A DNA stretch of 64,000 nucleotides from Bacteriovoracia bacterium (GTDB lineage: Bacteria; Bdellovibrionota; UBA1018; CAIPTA01), in the NCBI GenBank assembly GCA_050246755.1, contig JBFWVL010000003.1, positions 128,001 through 192,000 of the forward strand, read 5' to 3'. Both the position numbers and the translations under genes were made by a program. The notes beneath the pieces are model-generated. The model did not search any database, was not told the origin of the DNA, and saw only the letters and a program-made list of their open reading frames with translations. Positions 38,732 to 48,535 of the stretch are shown one piece after another (position 1 is the first letter of the stretch; each line of letters begins with the position of its first letter).

Positions 38732-39223
38732 ATGAAATACGGCCTATTGCTAGCCCTAGCCTTCGCCCGAATCGCCCACGCCGAACCCGCTTCCCCGCTC
38801 TTCAATGTGGATGAGGTTCCGGGATACTTCGTGGAAACCAAATGCAACGTTTTACCCTTGGAAAGAGTGGACCTTCGCTCCTACAGGAAGAAATCTACGA
38901 ACCTTTTTTCCGAAAACCCAGCGCAAGGGGTATTCATAACCCGGGATGCAAACTCGAGCCCCGAGCATTTTGGCCCCTCCGGCGACCAAATGGCGGTTGT
39001 GCAAAGAACAGTGCTGATGATGACCGGTGGCCTGAAAGACCTATTAAACGATCCGGGCCGGCTCAATCTCGCCTTGAGCACCTTACTGAAAAAGCCGGTT
39101 TCCCTATCCGGCAAAGAGGTCTCCGAACTACAGCAACGCTGCATGCTGGGATCGGAATGGAAAAAAATGAAGAGCAAGGCGAAGGCCGGGCCCGAGAGCC
39201 TTCCCGCCGAATCCGCAGAATAG
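38732..39223 (+). CDS. Secreted hypothetical protein
   Basis: AGAGG RBS; signal peptide ending AHA; ends ESAE. Confidence 0.75.
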   Translation: MKYGLLLALAFARIAHAEPASPLFNVDEVPGYFVETKCNVLPLERVDLRSYRKKSTNLFSENPAQGVFITRDANSSPEHFGPSGDQMAVVQRTVLMMTGGLKDLLNDPGRLNLALSTLLKKPVSLSGKEVSELQQRCMLGSEWKKMKSKAKAGPESLPAESAE

Positions 39224-39266
39224 AAGCGAGATTGCGAAACGAAAACCTTTAAATTTTGGAGATCCC

Positions 39267-39704
39267 ATGAAAAAATTATTTTTTTTAGTTCTGACCTCGC
39301 TAATCATGACCATGAATTTTGCCCAGGCCGGCACCTCTTCGTGGTACTGCGGGGACCATTCACTTTCCCCTAAGGCAAAGCAAATTCTAAGTCGTGCCGT
39401 TAGCCAAATTTATTCCGAAAAGTCCACCGGAGCTTATGCGGGAGTCGCACCAGATAAAATCCCGAAATCTGCGCCGCTCTCTGCAATCGCCTATAACTAC
39501 CAGGGCCTGGGCGCAGACCCCACCTACATCAACGAGAAAACTTTGGAAGAGTTACATATAACCTTTCCGGAAGGCGATCCACGCAGGTCCATTTTCCCTC
39601 AAGAAGTAAACAGCAATATCGTGCGCGCAGCAAATCAGTGTAAAACATTGGGCTGCCTCAAAGAGGCTTACATAAAAATCGTCTGGCAAGACTACTGTAA
39701 GTAA
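39267..39704 (+). CDS. Secreted Cys-containing hypothetical protein
   Basis: GGAG RBS; signal peptide ending AQA; CKTLGCLKEAY. Confidence 0.75.
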   Translation: MKKLFFLVLTSLIMTMNFAQAGTSSWYCGDHSLSPKAKQILSRAVSQIYSEKSTGAYAGVAPDKIPKSAPLSAIAYNYQGLGADPTYINEKTLEELHITFPEGDPRRSIFPQEVNSNIVRAANQCKTLGCLKEAYIKIVWQDYCK

Positions 39705-39790
39705 TCAACGCTTTTTTCTTCACGCTCCTGCATGGTAAAATTCATTAAAGAGAAAACGACCGTTCCGCAGAATAATCAGAGAGTTCCCCG

Positions 39791-40222
39791 ATGAAATCCG
39801 CACTCCTAATCGCCCTATGCACCCAGTTTCTGGCTCCCGCCACGTTCGCCGGGTCCGCCGAAGTAACCATTTCGAAAAAGGAATGCTTAGCCCAAGGAGG
39901 CCAGGCCAGCACCGCGGATGCCCTCTGCCACGGTGGCCAGTATGACGGCCACACGATCGTGGAATGCAGCTACCAGCTCGACGGAATGGCCTACGTAGGA
40001 AAAGACGACGGCGTACTTACCTACGCGGGGAAAAAATATCGCTGCGAAACCGCTTTCAAGAACGAAAGCGAAACGAATCTCTGCAGAAAAATTGGATCCA
40101 AATCGAAAAAATTCGATTTCGTAGTGGCCTTCGACGGCACGGAGAACGACTTCTCAGTCTTCAAGACCCCCTATTCCGAAAATGAACTTTGCCATTCCGT
40201 GGCAGTAGACGGTAAAAAATAA
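39791..40222 (+). CDS. Secreted Cys-rich hypothetical protein
   Basis: Signal peptide; six Cys in the mature part. Confidence 0.75.
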   Translation: MKSALLIALCTQFLAPATFAGSAEVTISKKECLAQGGQASTADALCHGGQYDGHTIVECSYQLDGMAYVGKDDGVLTYAGKKYRCETAFKNESETNLCRKIGSKSKKFDFVVAFDGTENDFSVFKTPYSENELCHSVAVDGKK

Positions 40223-40232
40223 AGGAGCGCCT

Positions 40233-40559
40233 ATGAAAAAGTATCTGACCCTGCTTGCCCTAACCTTCCTCGCTACCACCCAAGCCTTCGCCGAGAAAGA
40301 CGCCGATTATGGCCGCGTAAAAACCCTGCTCTGCGAGATGAATCTTACGGGTTGTCCCGCCCACGGGCACGACCAAGTTTCGGCACCGGCAACCTTGGTG
40401 CTGCAGAAACTGGCGAAGAAATACAAAGAGAAGAAATGGCCCGCATTCGACGCCGGTAAGGCGATGGAACAATACCGTACTCTGGCCAACTGCGAGCAAG
40501 AGTTCGCGGCCACCACTCCCGCTTGCTTGGCGGATGCGATCGAAGACTCGCGAAAATAA
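40233..40559 (+). CDS. Secreted hypothetical protein
   Basis: AAGGAG RBS; signal peptide ending AFA; four Cys. Confidence 0.75.
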   Translation: MKKYLTLLALTFLATTQAFAEKDADYGRVKTLLCEMNLTGCPAHGHDQVSAPATLVLQKLAKKYKEKKWPAFDAGKAMEQYRTLANCEQEFAATTPACLADAIEDSRK

Positions 40560-41450
40560 TCAGCGTTTTTTCTTCGCGCCTTTACGAATGGCGGCGCGGA
40601 TCATCTTCTCGGCCACGTTGATCCCCGTGGCCTTTTCCAATTCCTGGAAGCCCGGCGAAGAATTCACTTCGAGCAGTTTCGGACCGGTGGAGCTTTCCAG
40701 CAAATCCACACCAGCGATATCGAGGCCCACGGCTTTGGCGGCGGTAAGGGCCATGCGCTCGTAGCGCTTGGGCAGTCTCGTAAGGCTTTCGCCCCAGCCT
40801 CCGCGGTGCACGTTCGCCCGGAACTCGCCCTTGCGGGCCGTACGGCGCATCGCCGCCACTACCTTGCCGCCGATCACGAGCACGCGCACGTCGGAGCCAC
40901 CGGCCTCCTTCACGTATTCCTGGAGGATCAAATCTTTGTCGAAACCGAGGATGGTGCTCATCACGCTTTCCACGGAGGCGCGGTCGTGGCCGAGCATCAC
41001 GCCAATGCCCTGCGCTCCCTGTAGAAGCTTCATCACCATGGGAAATTTTCCCACCATGCGGAAGCCCTGATGAATATCGGAAAGAGAGCGCGACATTACC
41101 GAGAGCGGCATTGCGATGCCCTTGGCCGCGCAGGCTTGCATGGCGCGGAACTTATTGCGGGAGTTGAGGATGGCGTCGGAGGAGTTGAGCACCTTCGCGC
41201 CCATGCACTCGAAGTGACGGACCACGAGCAGGCCGTACTCGGTGATGCTGGTGCCGATACGCGGGAGCACCACGGTAACGCCGTCGAGCTTTTTTCCATA
41301 GACGAAAACTTCGGGGCCATCCACGCCCACTTTAAGCTGGCAGCGGAGTGGATTTACCACGAGGCACTCCACCTTGAGGCGGCGGGCCTCTTCCATCAGG
41401 CGGCGGGTGCTATGCAGATTGCGGGAACGCGATAGGATGAGCAGCCGCAT
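40560..41450 (-). CDS. rimK: RimK-family ATP-grasp alpha-L-glutamate ligase
   Basis: LHSTRRL, PRIGTSIT, GAQGIGV, FRANVHRGG, EVNSSPG. Confidence 0.88.
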   Translation of the reverse strand: MRLLILSRSRNLHSTRRLMEEARRLKVECLVVNPLRCQLKVGVDGPEVFVYGKKLDGVTVVLPRIGTSITEYGLLVVRHFECMGAKVLNSSDAILNSRNKFRAMQACAAKGIAMPLSVMSRSLSDIHQGFRMVGKFPMVMKLLQGAQGIGVMLGHDRASVESVMSTILGFDKDLILQEYVKEAGGSDVRVLVIGGKVVAAMRRTARKGEFRANVHRGGWGESLTRLPKRYERMALTAAKAVGLDIAGVDLLESSTGPKLLEVNSSPGFQELEKATGINVAEKMIRAAIRKGAKKKR

Positions 41451-41750
41451 TTAGGACTTGTGATGATCCTTCACGATTTCCTTATGCTTGCGGAGCTGCG
41501 TTTCCACGCGATCCACGGCCTCTTCGATCGAAGAGAGCAAATTGTGGGCACGGGCCTCGCCGAAATAATCGCCGTTCTTGCCGTTCACGTGCAGATGAGA
41601 AACGTGCTCTTCGGCTTCGTAGGAGATCACCCACTTGGCGTGGAATTTCCCTTCAAAGTATTTGTCGAGCTTGGAGGTCTTGTCCTGCAAGAAATCCTTG
41701 ATCTCGGCGCCTTTGGTTTGCGTATTTTTTAGGGTGAAGTCCATTTGCAT
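41451..41750 (-). CDS. hpf: Ribosome hibernation promoting factor
   Basis: KLDKYF..SIEEAVDRVETQLRKHKE; directly after rpoN. Confidence 0.85.
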   Translation of the reverse strand: MQMDFTLKNTQTKGAEIKDFLQDKTSKLDKYFEGKFHAKWVISYEAEEHVSHLHVNGKNGDYFGEARAHNLLSSIEEAVDRVETQLRKHKEIVKDHHKS

Positions 41751-41759
41751 AAAAGCTCC

Positions 41760-43271
41760 TTAGAACAATTTCTTCCTTCGGGCCGAGCTGAGAATATTCA
41801 TGCTCTCCCGATATTTGGCCACCGTGCGACGCGCGATCTCGATCCCGTCTTCCTGGAGGAGTTCCACCAGTTTCTGGTCGGAAAGAGGACGCTTATTGTC
41901 TTCCTTGCCGATCAAGCTGCGTATCTTTTCCTTCACGCTCTCGCTGGCCACATCGCCCGAGCCATCGCCCGAAGAGATGCCGCTGTTGAAGAAGTATTTT
42001 AACTCAAAAGTGCCCACCGGCGTATGGACATATTTGTTGGTGGTAACACGGGAGATCGTACTCTCGTGCACGCCGATGTCCACGGCTACTTCGCGGAGCA
42101 CCATGGGCTTGAGGAAGTGTACGCCCTTGTCGAAGAAGTCGCGCTGGTACTTAACAATGCTCTCCATTACCCGGTAAATCGTCTTCTGGCGGTTGTGGAT
42201 GGACTTAATGAGCCATACGGCGGCGCGCAATTTGTCTTGTAAATATTCCTTAGTGAGCTTGGGGTCGCCCTTACCGTGGGCTTTTGCCTCAGCCTTAGCC
42301 TGGATTAGAATTTTCTTGTAGTAAGCGGACACGCGAAGTTTGGGCAAACCATCTTCGTTGAGCTGGATGGCGAAATCGTCAGCCACCTTATATACGTATA
42401 CATCGGGCACGATATAGTGCGTGTCGCTTCCGCCGCCGAAGCTGCGGCCTGGTTTCGGATCGAACTCTTCTTTGATCTGGCGGGCGGCTTCTTTCAAATC
42501 TTCTTCCGGCGCGCCGGTGGCCTTGGTGATCGCGGCCACGTTGCGCTTCTCAAGATCTTCGAGGTGGTTGCGGATGATGTTCACCACGAGAGAATCTTTG
42601 TCGTAGAGCAATTCGGCTTGCACGAGGAGGCACTCGCGCAGATCACGGGCGGCCACGCCGATGGGATCGAAGCGCTGGATGATCTTCAAAACTTCTTCCG
42701 CGTCTTCCATTTCGAAATTCAATTCGCGGCAGATGTCTTCGAGGGAGCCGATGAAGAACCCATCGTCGCTGAGGTTACCCACAATCATCTTGGCGAGGGT
42801 ACGCTCCTGATCCGTGAGATCCGACATATTGATCTGCCACTCGAGGTGAGAGACAAGGTCGGTAACACCGGCCACCATGTTTTCGTAATTGGGCAGCTCG
42901 TCGGGAATCTCGCGGGTGCTCGGCAACGCTGGGCCGGAGGCGAAATTCTCCATGTACTCTTCCCAGTCGATCTCGCCTTTTCCATCCACGATCTTCTCTT
43001 CACCCTGAGGCGAGAGCATCTCTTCCGCGGTGGTGCCTTCGGCCTCGCGGGTTTCCATATTCTCTAAATTTTCTTTGGCTTCGCCGCCCTCATCTTCGTA
43101 GGCATCGAGCTCGGCCACTTCCTCGAGACAAGGATTTTCTACCAGCTCCTGGTTGATCAGCTCGGTCATCTCCAGGCGATTCAGCTGCAGCAGCTTGATC
43201 GCCTGCTGGAGCTGAGGGGTCATTACGAGGCTCTGACCTAGCTTTAGACTCTGTTTGATTTCAAATGCCAT
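41760..43271 (-). CDS. rpoN: RNA polymerase sigma-54 factor
   Basis: MTPQLQQAIKLLQL, HESTISR, RpoN box ARRTVAKYRE. Confidence 0.98.
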   Translation of the reverse strand: MAFEIKQSLKLGQSLVMTPQLQQAIKLLQLNRLEMTELINQELVENPCLEEVAELDAYEDEGGEAKENLENMETREAEGTTAEEMLSPQGEEKIVDGKGEIDWEEYMENFASGPALPSTREIPDELPNYENMVAGVTDLVSHLEWQINMSDLTDQERTLAKMIVGNLSDDGFFIGSLEDICRELNFEMEDAEEVLKIIQRFDPIGVAARDLRECLLVQAELLYDKDSLVVNIIRNHLEDLEKRNVAAITKATGAPEEDLKEAARQIKEEFDPKPGRSFGGGSDTHYIVPDVYVYKVADDFAIQLNEDGLPKLRVSAYYKKILIQAKAEAKAHGKGDPKLTKEYLQDKLRAAVWLIKSIHNRQKTIYRVMESIVKYQRDFFDKGVHFLKPMVLREVAVDIGVHESTISRVTTNKYVHTPVGTFELKYFFNSGISSGDGSGDVASESVKEKIRSLIGKEDNKRPLSDQKLVELLQEDGIEIARRTVAKYRESMNILSSARRKKLF

Positions 43272-43283
43272 CTTCGTAAACCT

Positions 43284-44006
43284 TTATAAGCGGAAATCTT
43301 GGCCGAGGTAGCTGGCGCGGGCCTTCTCGCTTTTCGCGATGTCCGCGGGAAGTCCCTGCTCCTCGATGAGACCCGAGATTAATATATACGCAACGTCGCA
43401 TATTTTCAGCGTTTCGCGCACATTGTGGTCGGTGATCAAGATGCCCACGCCTTTGTCGCGGAGCGCCGCAATAAGCTTCTGAATATCGCCCACCGCAATT
43501 GGGTCAATGCCCGCAAATGGCTCATCGAGCAGGAGGAAATCGGGCTTTAGCGCGAGGGCACGGGCAATCTCCACCCGGCGCCGCTCTCCCCCGGAAAGCA
43601 GGGAACCATGGGTTCCGGAAACACGCTGGAGATTGAACTCTTCGATGAGTTCACGGGTGCGGGTTTCACAGTAGCTCTCCGGATGCTCCTGGGCTTCCAG
43701 CACGGCGTAGATATTCTGGTAAACGGTGAGGCGGCGAAAAACGGAGGCCTCCTGCGGCAAATATCCCAGGCCGGCCCGGGCGCGCTCGTGCATGGAAAGC
43801 GCGGTAATATCCTTATCATCGATTTTCACGGTGCCTTCGTCGGGGCCGAGTAGCCCTACCACCATATAGAAGCTCGTAGTTTTTCCGGCCCCGTTCGGCC
43901 CAAGCAGCCCCACCACTTTTCCCTGCGGAACTTCGAAGGATACGCCGCGCACGGCGAGGTGGGTTTTAAAACTTTTCTTCAAGTTGCTGGCGCGAAGGTA
44001 TTTCAT
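43284..44006 (-). CDS. lptB: LPS export ABC ATPase LptB
   Basis: GPNGAGKTT, YLPQEASVFR, LSGGERRRVEIAR, ITDHNVRETL. Confidence 0.96.
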   Translation of the reverse strand: MKYLRASNLKKSFKTHLAVRGVSFEVPQGKVVGLLGPNGAGKTTSFYMVVGLLGPDEGTVKIDDKDITALSMHERARAGLGYLPQEASVFRRLTVYQNIYAVLEAQEHPESYCETRTRELIEEFNLQRVSGTHGSLLSGGERRRVEIARALALKPDFLLLDEPFAGIDPIAVGDIQKLIAALRDKGVGILITDHNVRETLKICDVAYILISGLIEEQGLPADIAKSEKARASYLGQDFRL

Positions 44007-45016
44007 GGAATCAGTTCTTCATCTTCCTTGGTGAGCGGAGCCGCGGGCGGAGCGCTCTTTTGCAAAACCGACTTATGCTGAGGGGTCGCGGCGGCATTTG
44101 CCGCCGAAACTTCCACCACGCCGGTCGTGCGGTACAAGGTAATCTTATCACCGGTCACCGCATCATCTCCATTATAAACCGAGGGATATCCGCTAAGTAC
44201 CACGGTGTCGGTGGGGGCGAAAAACTCCGCCACCTGCGATCGTGTATAGCGCCCCTTCTGCTCGGTGATCTTCACGTCGCCGGTGATGGACATATAGCGC
44301 ACGCCCTGCTCTTTCCTCGTATAGAAAAACTCGGCGTTCTGGCCGGTCGCCACCATCTTGTCCTGATCCACCTGCACGTTGTTCTGGAACAAAACTTTCT
44401 CGCGCTCGCGGTCTACCTCCGCCTTATCGCCCCGCACCCTGGTGAGGCCGTGCTTCTTCTCGTTGTAGTTGGCGCGGGCGTCGCCGATTAAATAAATTTT
44501 AGTGTCGTTGAGGTAACTCTCGGCGCGGTTGCCCCATACCTGCATGTCTTTTTCCTTCGACTCGCCCTCCACGGGCTTGGGGGCCACGAAGAATTTCTTT
44601 TCCAGCTGGTATTCGGCTTCCGGGCCGGTCATCACGAAGCCGTCGGCCGATTCGCTGCGCACGTTGTCGAGCAGGTGCATGCGACGCTCGTTCATGAAGA
44701 ACTCGGCGCGGTCGGCGGTCACTTTCGTCTTTTGATTTTGGTCGTTGTAGAAATAAGCCGTCACGATTTTTGCGTCCATGCGCTTGGTTTGCATGTCGAA
44801 GGCGGCGTCCTGCGACTGACTCTCCATTTCCACGCGGCCGTCCTTCACCGAAACGTAACGCGCGTTGGTCATGGCGTAGTCGGGAACGGCGAGCGAACCA
44901 TCGCGGCGGGTGGCGTAGAATCCCCCGAGATCGCGGGGCCAGAGCATCCAAATGGTAACGAAGAGGATGAATCCGGCGGCGTAGTGGAAGATGGTCAGAA
45001 GGCGAGCCTGGCTCAT
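44003..45016 (-). CDS. lptC: LptC with fused LptA-like beta-jellyroll domain(s)
   Basis: N-terminal TM, PDY motif; C-terminal VVLSGYPSV..VTGDKITL (LptA/OstA-like); lies between kdsC and lptB. Confidence 0.75.
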   Translation of the reverse strand: MSQARLLTIFHYAAGFILFVTIWMLWPRDLGGFYATRRDGSLAVPDYAMTNARYVSVKDGRVEMESQSQDAAFDMQTKRMDAKIVTAYFYNDQNQKTKVTADRAEFFMNERRMHLLDNVRSESADGFVMTGPEAEYQLEKKFFVAPKPVEGESKEKDMQVWGNRAESYLNDTKIYLIGDARANYNEKKHGLTRVRGDKAEVDREREKVLFQNNVQVDQDKMVATGQNAEFFYTRKEQGVRYMSITGDVKITEQKGRYTRSQVAEFFAPTDTVVLSGYPSVYNGDDAVTGDKITLYRTTGVVEVSAANAAATPQHKSVLQKSAPPAAPLTKEDEELIP

Positions 45017-45555
45017 GGCTTCTTCGCGGGCTTGGTGGCGAGGAGCAGCTCACAGACTTCCCGCACGGCGCCGAAACCGCCCGGCTTCTTCGTGACGTAG
45101 TGGGCGGAGCTCTTCACGGTGGCGGGCGCATGCGGGGGCGTGGCGGCAAAACCGACTTGCTGGAGCACGGGAATATCGAAAAGCTCATCACCCATATAGG
45201 CGCACTCGTCGCGGGTGACGCCCACGTCGGCCAGAATCTTGGCGAAGGCATGCAGCTTATTTTCGTCGCCGAAATACGCGTGCTTGATTTGCAGCGACTC
45301 GGCCCGCTTTTTGTGGCTGAGGAAAGATCCGCCGGAAATCACACCGATCTCGTAGCCCGCGCGCTGGAGCAGCTTGATGCCGAAGCCGTCGATCACGTTG
45401 TAGTGCGCGCCCCACCCCGTGCCTTCCACGTAGAACATCGAGCCGTCGGTCATCACGCCGTCGATGTCGAACACCACGAGTTTGATTTTTTTCAGCGCGC
45501 TTTGCAGCGCCTTTCCGGTGAGCTTTTTGCGGCCAGGCTTTCCTACTATGGGCAT
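45013..45555 (-). CDS. kdsC: KDO 8-phosphate phosphatase
   Basis: FDIDGVMTDG, DGFGI, YMGDELFD, GGFGAVRE. Confidence 0.93.
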   Translation of the reverse strand: MPIVGKPGRKKLTGKALQSALKKIKLVVFDIDGVMTDGSMFYVEGTGWGAHYNVIDGFGIKLLQRAGYEIGVISGGSFLSHKKRAESLQIKHAYFGDENKLHAFAKILADVGVTRDECAYMGDELFDIPVLQQVGFAATPPHAPATVKSSAHYVTKKPGGFGAVREVCELLLATKPAKKP

Positions 45556-45714
45556 GGGATTATTCTAGCATCGAGCGCGCGAGAAGGTTACCGGGCGGCA
45601 GGTAACCCGATCATTTCGTTGCGCATATTACGTTGTAGAAGCCATGCGTTAATTCATAAGTAGCTGAGGCTGCTTACAAAAAACTTTATACTTCGCGATT
45701 TGTCGCGCAACAAC

Positions 45715-46542
45715 TCAAGCGCTAGCGCTACGAATCGCCTCGAGCCGCTTCAGCAAACGGCCCGCATCCGCGAGCGGCCAGCAGGAAGGGCCATCGCATT
45801 TTGCTTTGGCGGGATCGGGATGAAACTCCAGGAACACTCCGTCGGCCCCGGCCGCCACCGCGCAGGCCGCGATCACTTCCACTCCGCTGCGGCGCCCGCC
45901 GGTGGAAGCGCCCTGGCCCCCCGGCAGCTGAACCGCGTGGGTGGCATCGATCGTAACGGGAGCGCCGAGCCCGCGCATGTCGGGAATGCCGAGCATATCT
46001 ACCACGAGATTATTATAGCCAAAGCTCACGCCGCGCTCGCAGAGGATCGTGAGATCGCGGGAAGGCGCGGCCTCTTTGATCTTGGTGAGGATATTTTTGC
46101 AATCGAGGGGCGCGAGGAATTGGCCCTTCTTCACGTGCAAGAGCCCCCCACTTTTTTCCACCGCGCGCGCCGAGGCCACCACGAGATCGGTCTGGCGGCA
46201 AAGGAAGGCCGGAATCTGCACGATCTCAGCCACGGCGGCGAGGGCTTCGGCCTGCTCCGGCTCGTGGATATCAGTGATAACGGGCAAATTAAATTTCCCC
46301 TTCACCGCTTCGAGAATTTTTAAACCTTTTTCCATTCCGGGGCCGCGAAAGCTTTTGATCGAAGAGCGATTGGCCTTATCGAAGCTGGCCTTGAAAATAA
46401 AACCGCGCGGCACCACCCGCTTCAATTCCGTGGCCACCTCGAAAGCCAGGCCTTCGTCTTCCAGCACGTTCAAGCCGAGCATGTACGCGAGGGGCTCGCC
46501 GTCGCCGATGGACCAATTGTATTTTTTCAGGCTGAGTTTCAT
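45715..46542 (-). CDS. kdsA: KDO 8-phosphate synthase
   Basis: KASFDKANRSS, QIPAFLCRQTDL, KKGQF, DATHAVQ. Confidence 0.96.
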   Translation of the reverse strand: MKLSLKKYNWSIGDGEPLAYMLGLNVLEDEGLAFEVATELKRVVPRGFIFKASFDKANRSSIKSFRGPGMEKGLKILEAVKGKFNLPVITDIHEPEQAEALAAVAEIVQIPAFLCRQTDLVVASARAVEKSGGLLHVKKGQFLAPLDCKNILTKIKEAAPSRDLTILCERGVSFGYNNLVVDMLGIPDMRGLGAPVTIDATHAVQLPGGQGASTGGRRSGVEVIAACAVAAGADGVFLEFHPDPAKAKCDGPSCWPLADAGRLLKRLEAIRSASA

Positions 46543-46904
46543 TTTTCCTCCGCGGGAATCGGGCTCTGCGCCTGGATGAACCAGGTGCGCCCATTCGTGG
46601 ACATTTTAAATCGATAGTTGAGGGCATCGGGCGCCAAAGTGAGCAGGCAGGAATACATCCGGCATTTGTCCTGCTCCACACCGAGCTCGTTCAGGGCCGC
46701 CGAATACTTTCCCCGCTCGGAACGCAGAAGATTCTGGGCGGAGAAAACGTCGATGAAAACCATCCCCATCTCCGGGGGAATATCGCTCTTATCGGCCCGC
46801 ATATCGCGCGCCACCTGCACGGCCATCACGATTCCACCGGCGAGCGCGATCAGCCCCACGCCGAAAAAGCCCCAAACCACCGGCTTTTCGCGCATGGGGA
46901 TCAT
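46539..46904 (-). CDS. Small membrane-anchored protein, pilin-like
   Basis: TM helix then [20 protein letters not shown]; Cys pair; overlaps pyrG and kdsA by 4 bp each. Confidence 0.6.
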   Translation of the reverse strand: MIPMREKPVVWGFFGVGLIALAGGIVMAVQVARDMRADKSDIPPEMGMVFIDVFSAQNLLRSERGKYSAALNELGVEQDKCRMYSCLLTLAPDALNYRFKMSTNGRTWFIQAQSPIPAEEK

Positions 46905-48529
46905 TTCTTTTTCGCCTGGAGCGAAGCCGCCACGAAACTCGAGAAAAGCGGATGCGGGCTTAGGGGTTTGGACTTAAATTCGGGGTGAAATTGACAGCCC
47001 ACGAAGTAAGGATGTTCGCGTAGCTCGATCATCTCCACGAGCCCGCCCTTGGTTTTCACCCGGGGATCACGGCAGAAGCCCGAAAAGGTCATGCCCTTGG
47101 TGGCGATCTCATCGCGGAAGATATTCGACACTTCGTAACGATGGCGGTGGCGCTCGGAGATCTCGCTTTTTTTATAGGCTTCAAAGGCCTTGGTGCCGGC
47201 CACGAGCTCGCATTCCCAGTTACCGAGACGCATGGTGCCGCCCATTTTATCCACGCCCTTTTGGTCTTCCATCAAGTCGATCACGAGGTGCTCGGAATCG
47301 GGATGGAACTCGGCGGAGGAGGCATCTTTCCAGCCTACGATATTGCGGGCGTACTCGATCACCGCCACCTGCATGCCGAGGCAGATCCCGAAGAACGGTT
47401 TTTTATTTTCGCGCGCGTATTTCACGGCCGCAATCTTGCCTTCGATCCCGCGCACGCCGAAACCACCGGGCACGAGGATCCCGTCCACTTTCATGAGCGC
47501 AGCCTCGAGGGTCTTGTTCTTGTGCATTTCTTCGGCGTCGAGGAACTCTAATTTTACGGTGCAGCTATTGGCAATCCCGCCGTGGAATAAGGCCTCGTTG
47601 AGGCTCTTATAGCTTTCTTTCAGGTCCACGTATTTGCCGACCACGCCGATCGTTACTTCGTGCTTGGGGTGATGGATCTTATCCTGGATCGCCTCCCAGG
47701 CGCCCACGTTGGGGCTCGAGGTCCACATCCCGAGGATTTCCACGATTTTTTCGTCCACGCCTTCTTTGTGGAGATTAAGCGGAACTTCGTAGATCGAAGG
47801 GGCGTCCTGCGCGGTGAATACGCGGGAAGATTCCAGGTTACAAAACAATCCGATCTTGGCCTTGATCTCCTTGGAAAGCGGGCGGTCGGTGCGGCAGAGC
47901 AAAATATCGGCTTCGATCCCTTCGTGGCGCAGCTGGGCCACAGAGTGCTGGGTGGGTTTGGTTTTCAGCTCGCCGGCCGCGGCGATATAGGGCACGAGCG
48001 TGAGATGCACGTAGAGCACGTTTTCTCTTCCCACCTCGAACTTCATCTGGCGGATCGCTTCCACGAAGGGAAGGGACTCGATATCGCCCACGGTGCCGCC
48101 CACTTCCACGAGTGCCACGTCGGCGCCATTGGCGGCGTCCATGATCCGACGTTTGATCTCATCGGTGATATGCGGAATCACCTGCACGGTTTGGCCCAGG
48201 TATTTTCCTTTGCGCTCGGCCTGGATCACGCTGTCGTATACCTGGCCGGTGGTGAAATTATTTTTCTTGGAGAGCTGCACGGTGGTGAAACGCTCGTAGT
48301 GGCCGAGATCGAGGTCGCACTCGGTGCCGTCTTCGAGCACGAATACCTCGCCGTGCTGGGTGGGATTCATGGTACCAGGATCCACGTTGATGTAAGGATC
48401 CATCTTGAGCATGGTCACTTTGATTCCGCGCGCTTCGAGCAACGCGCCGATCGAAGCCGCCGCCAGGCCCTTGCCGAGCGAGCTCACTACTCCGCCGGTA
48501 ACAAAAATAAATTTTTTCTGCTTCGCCAT
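46901..48529 (-). CDS. pyrG: CTP synthase
   Basis: [33 protein letters not shown]. Confidence 0.99.
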   Translation of the reverse strand: MAKQKKFIFVTGGVVSSLGKGLAAASIGALLEARGIKVTMLKMDPYINVDPGTMNPTQHGEVFVLEDGTECDLDLGHYERFTTVQLSKKNNFTTGQVYDSVIQAERKGKYLGQTVQVIPHITDEIKRRIMDAANGADVALVEVGGTVGDIESLPFVEAIRQMKFEVGRENVLYVHLTLVPYIAAAGELKTKPTQHSVAQLRHEGIEADILLCRTDRPLSKEIKAKIGLFCNLESSRVFTAQDAPSIYEVPLNLHKEGVDEKIVEILGMWTSSPNVGAWEAIQDKIHHPKHEVTIGVVGKYVDLKESYKSLNEALFHGGIANSCTVKLEFLDAEEMHKNKTLEAALMKVDGILVPGGFGVRGIEGKIAAVKYARENKKPFFGICLGMQVAVIEYARNIVGWKDASSAEFHPDSEHLVIDLMEDQKGVDKMGGTMRLGNWECELVAGTKAFEAYKKSEISERHRHRYEVSNIFRDEIATKGMTFSGFCRDPRVKTKGGLVEMIELREHPYFVGCQFHPEFKSKPLSPHPLFSSFVAASLQAKKK

Positions 48530-48535
48530 TCGCCC

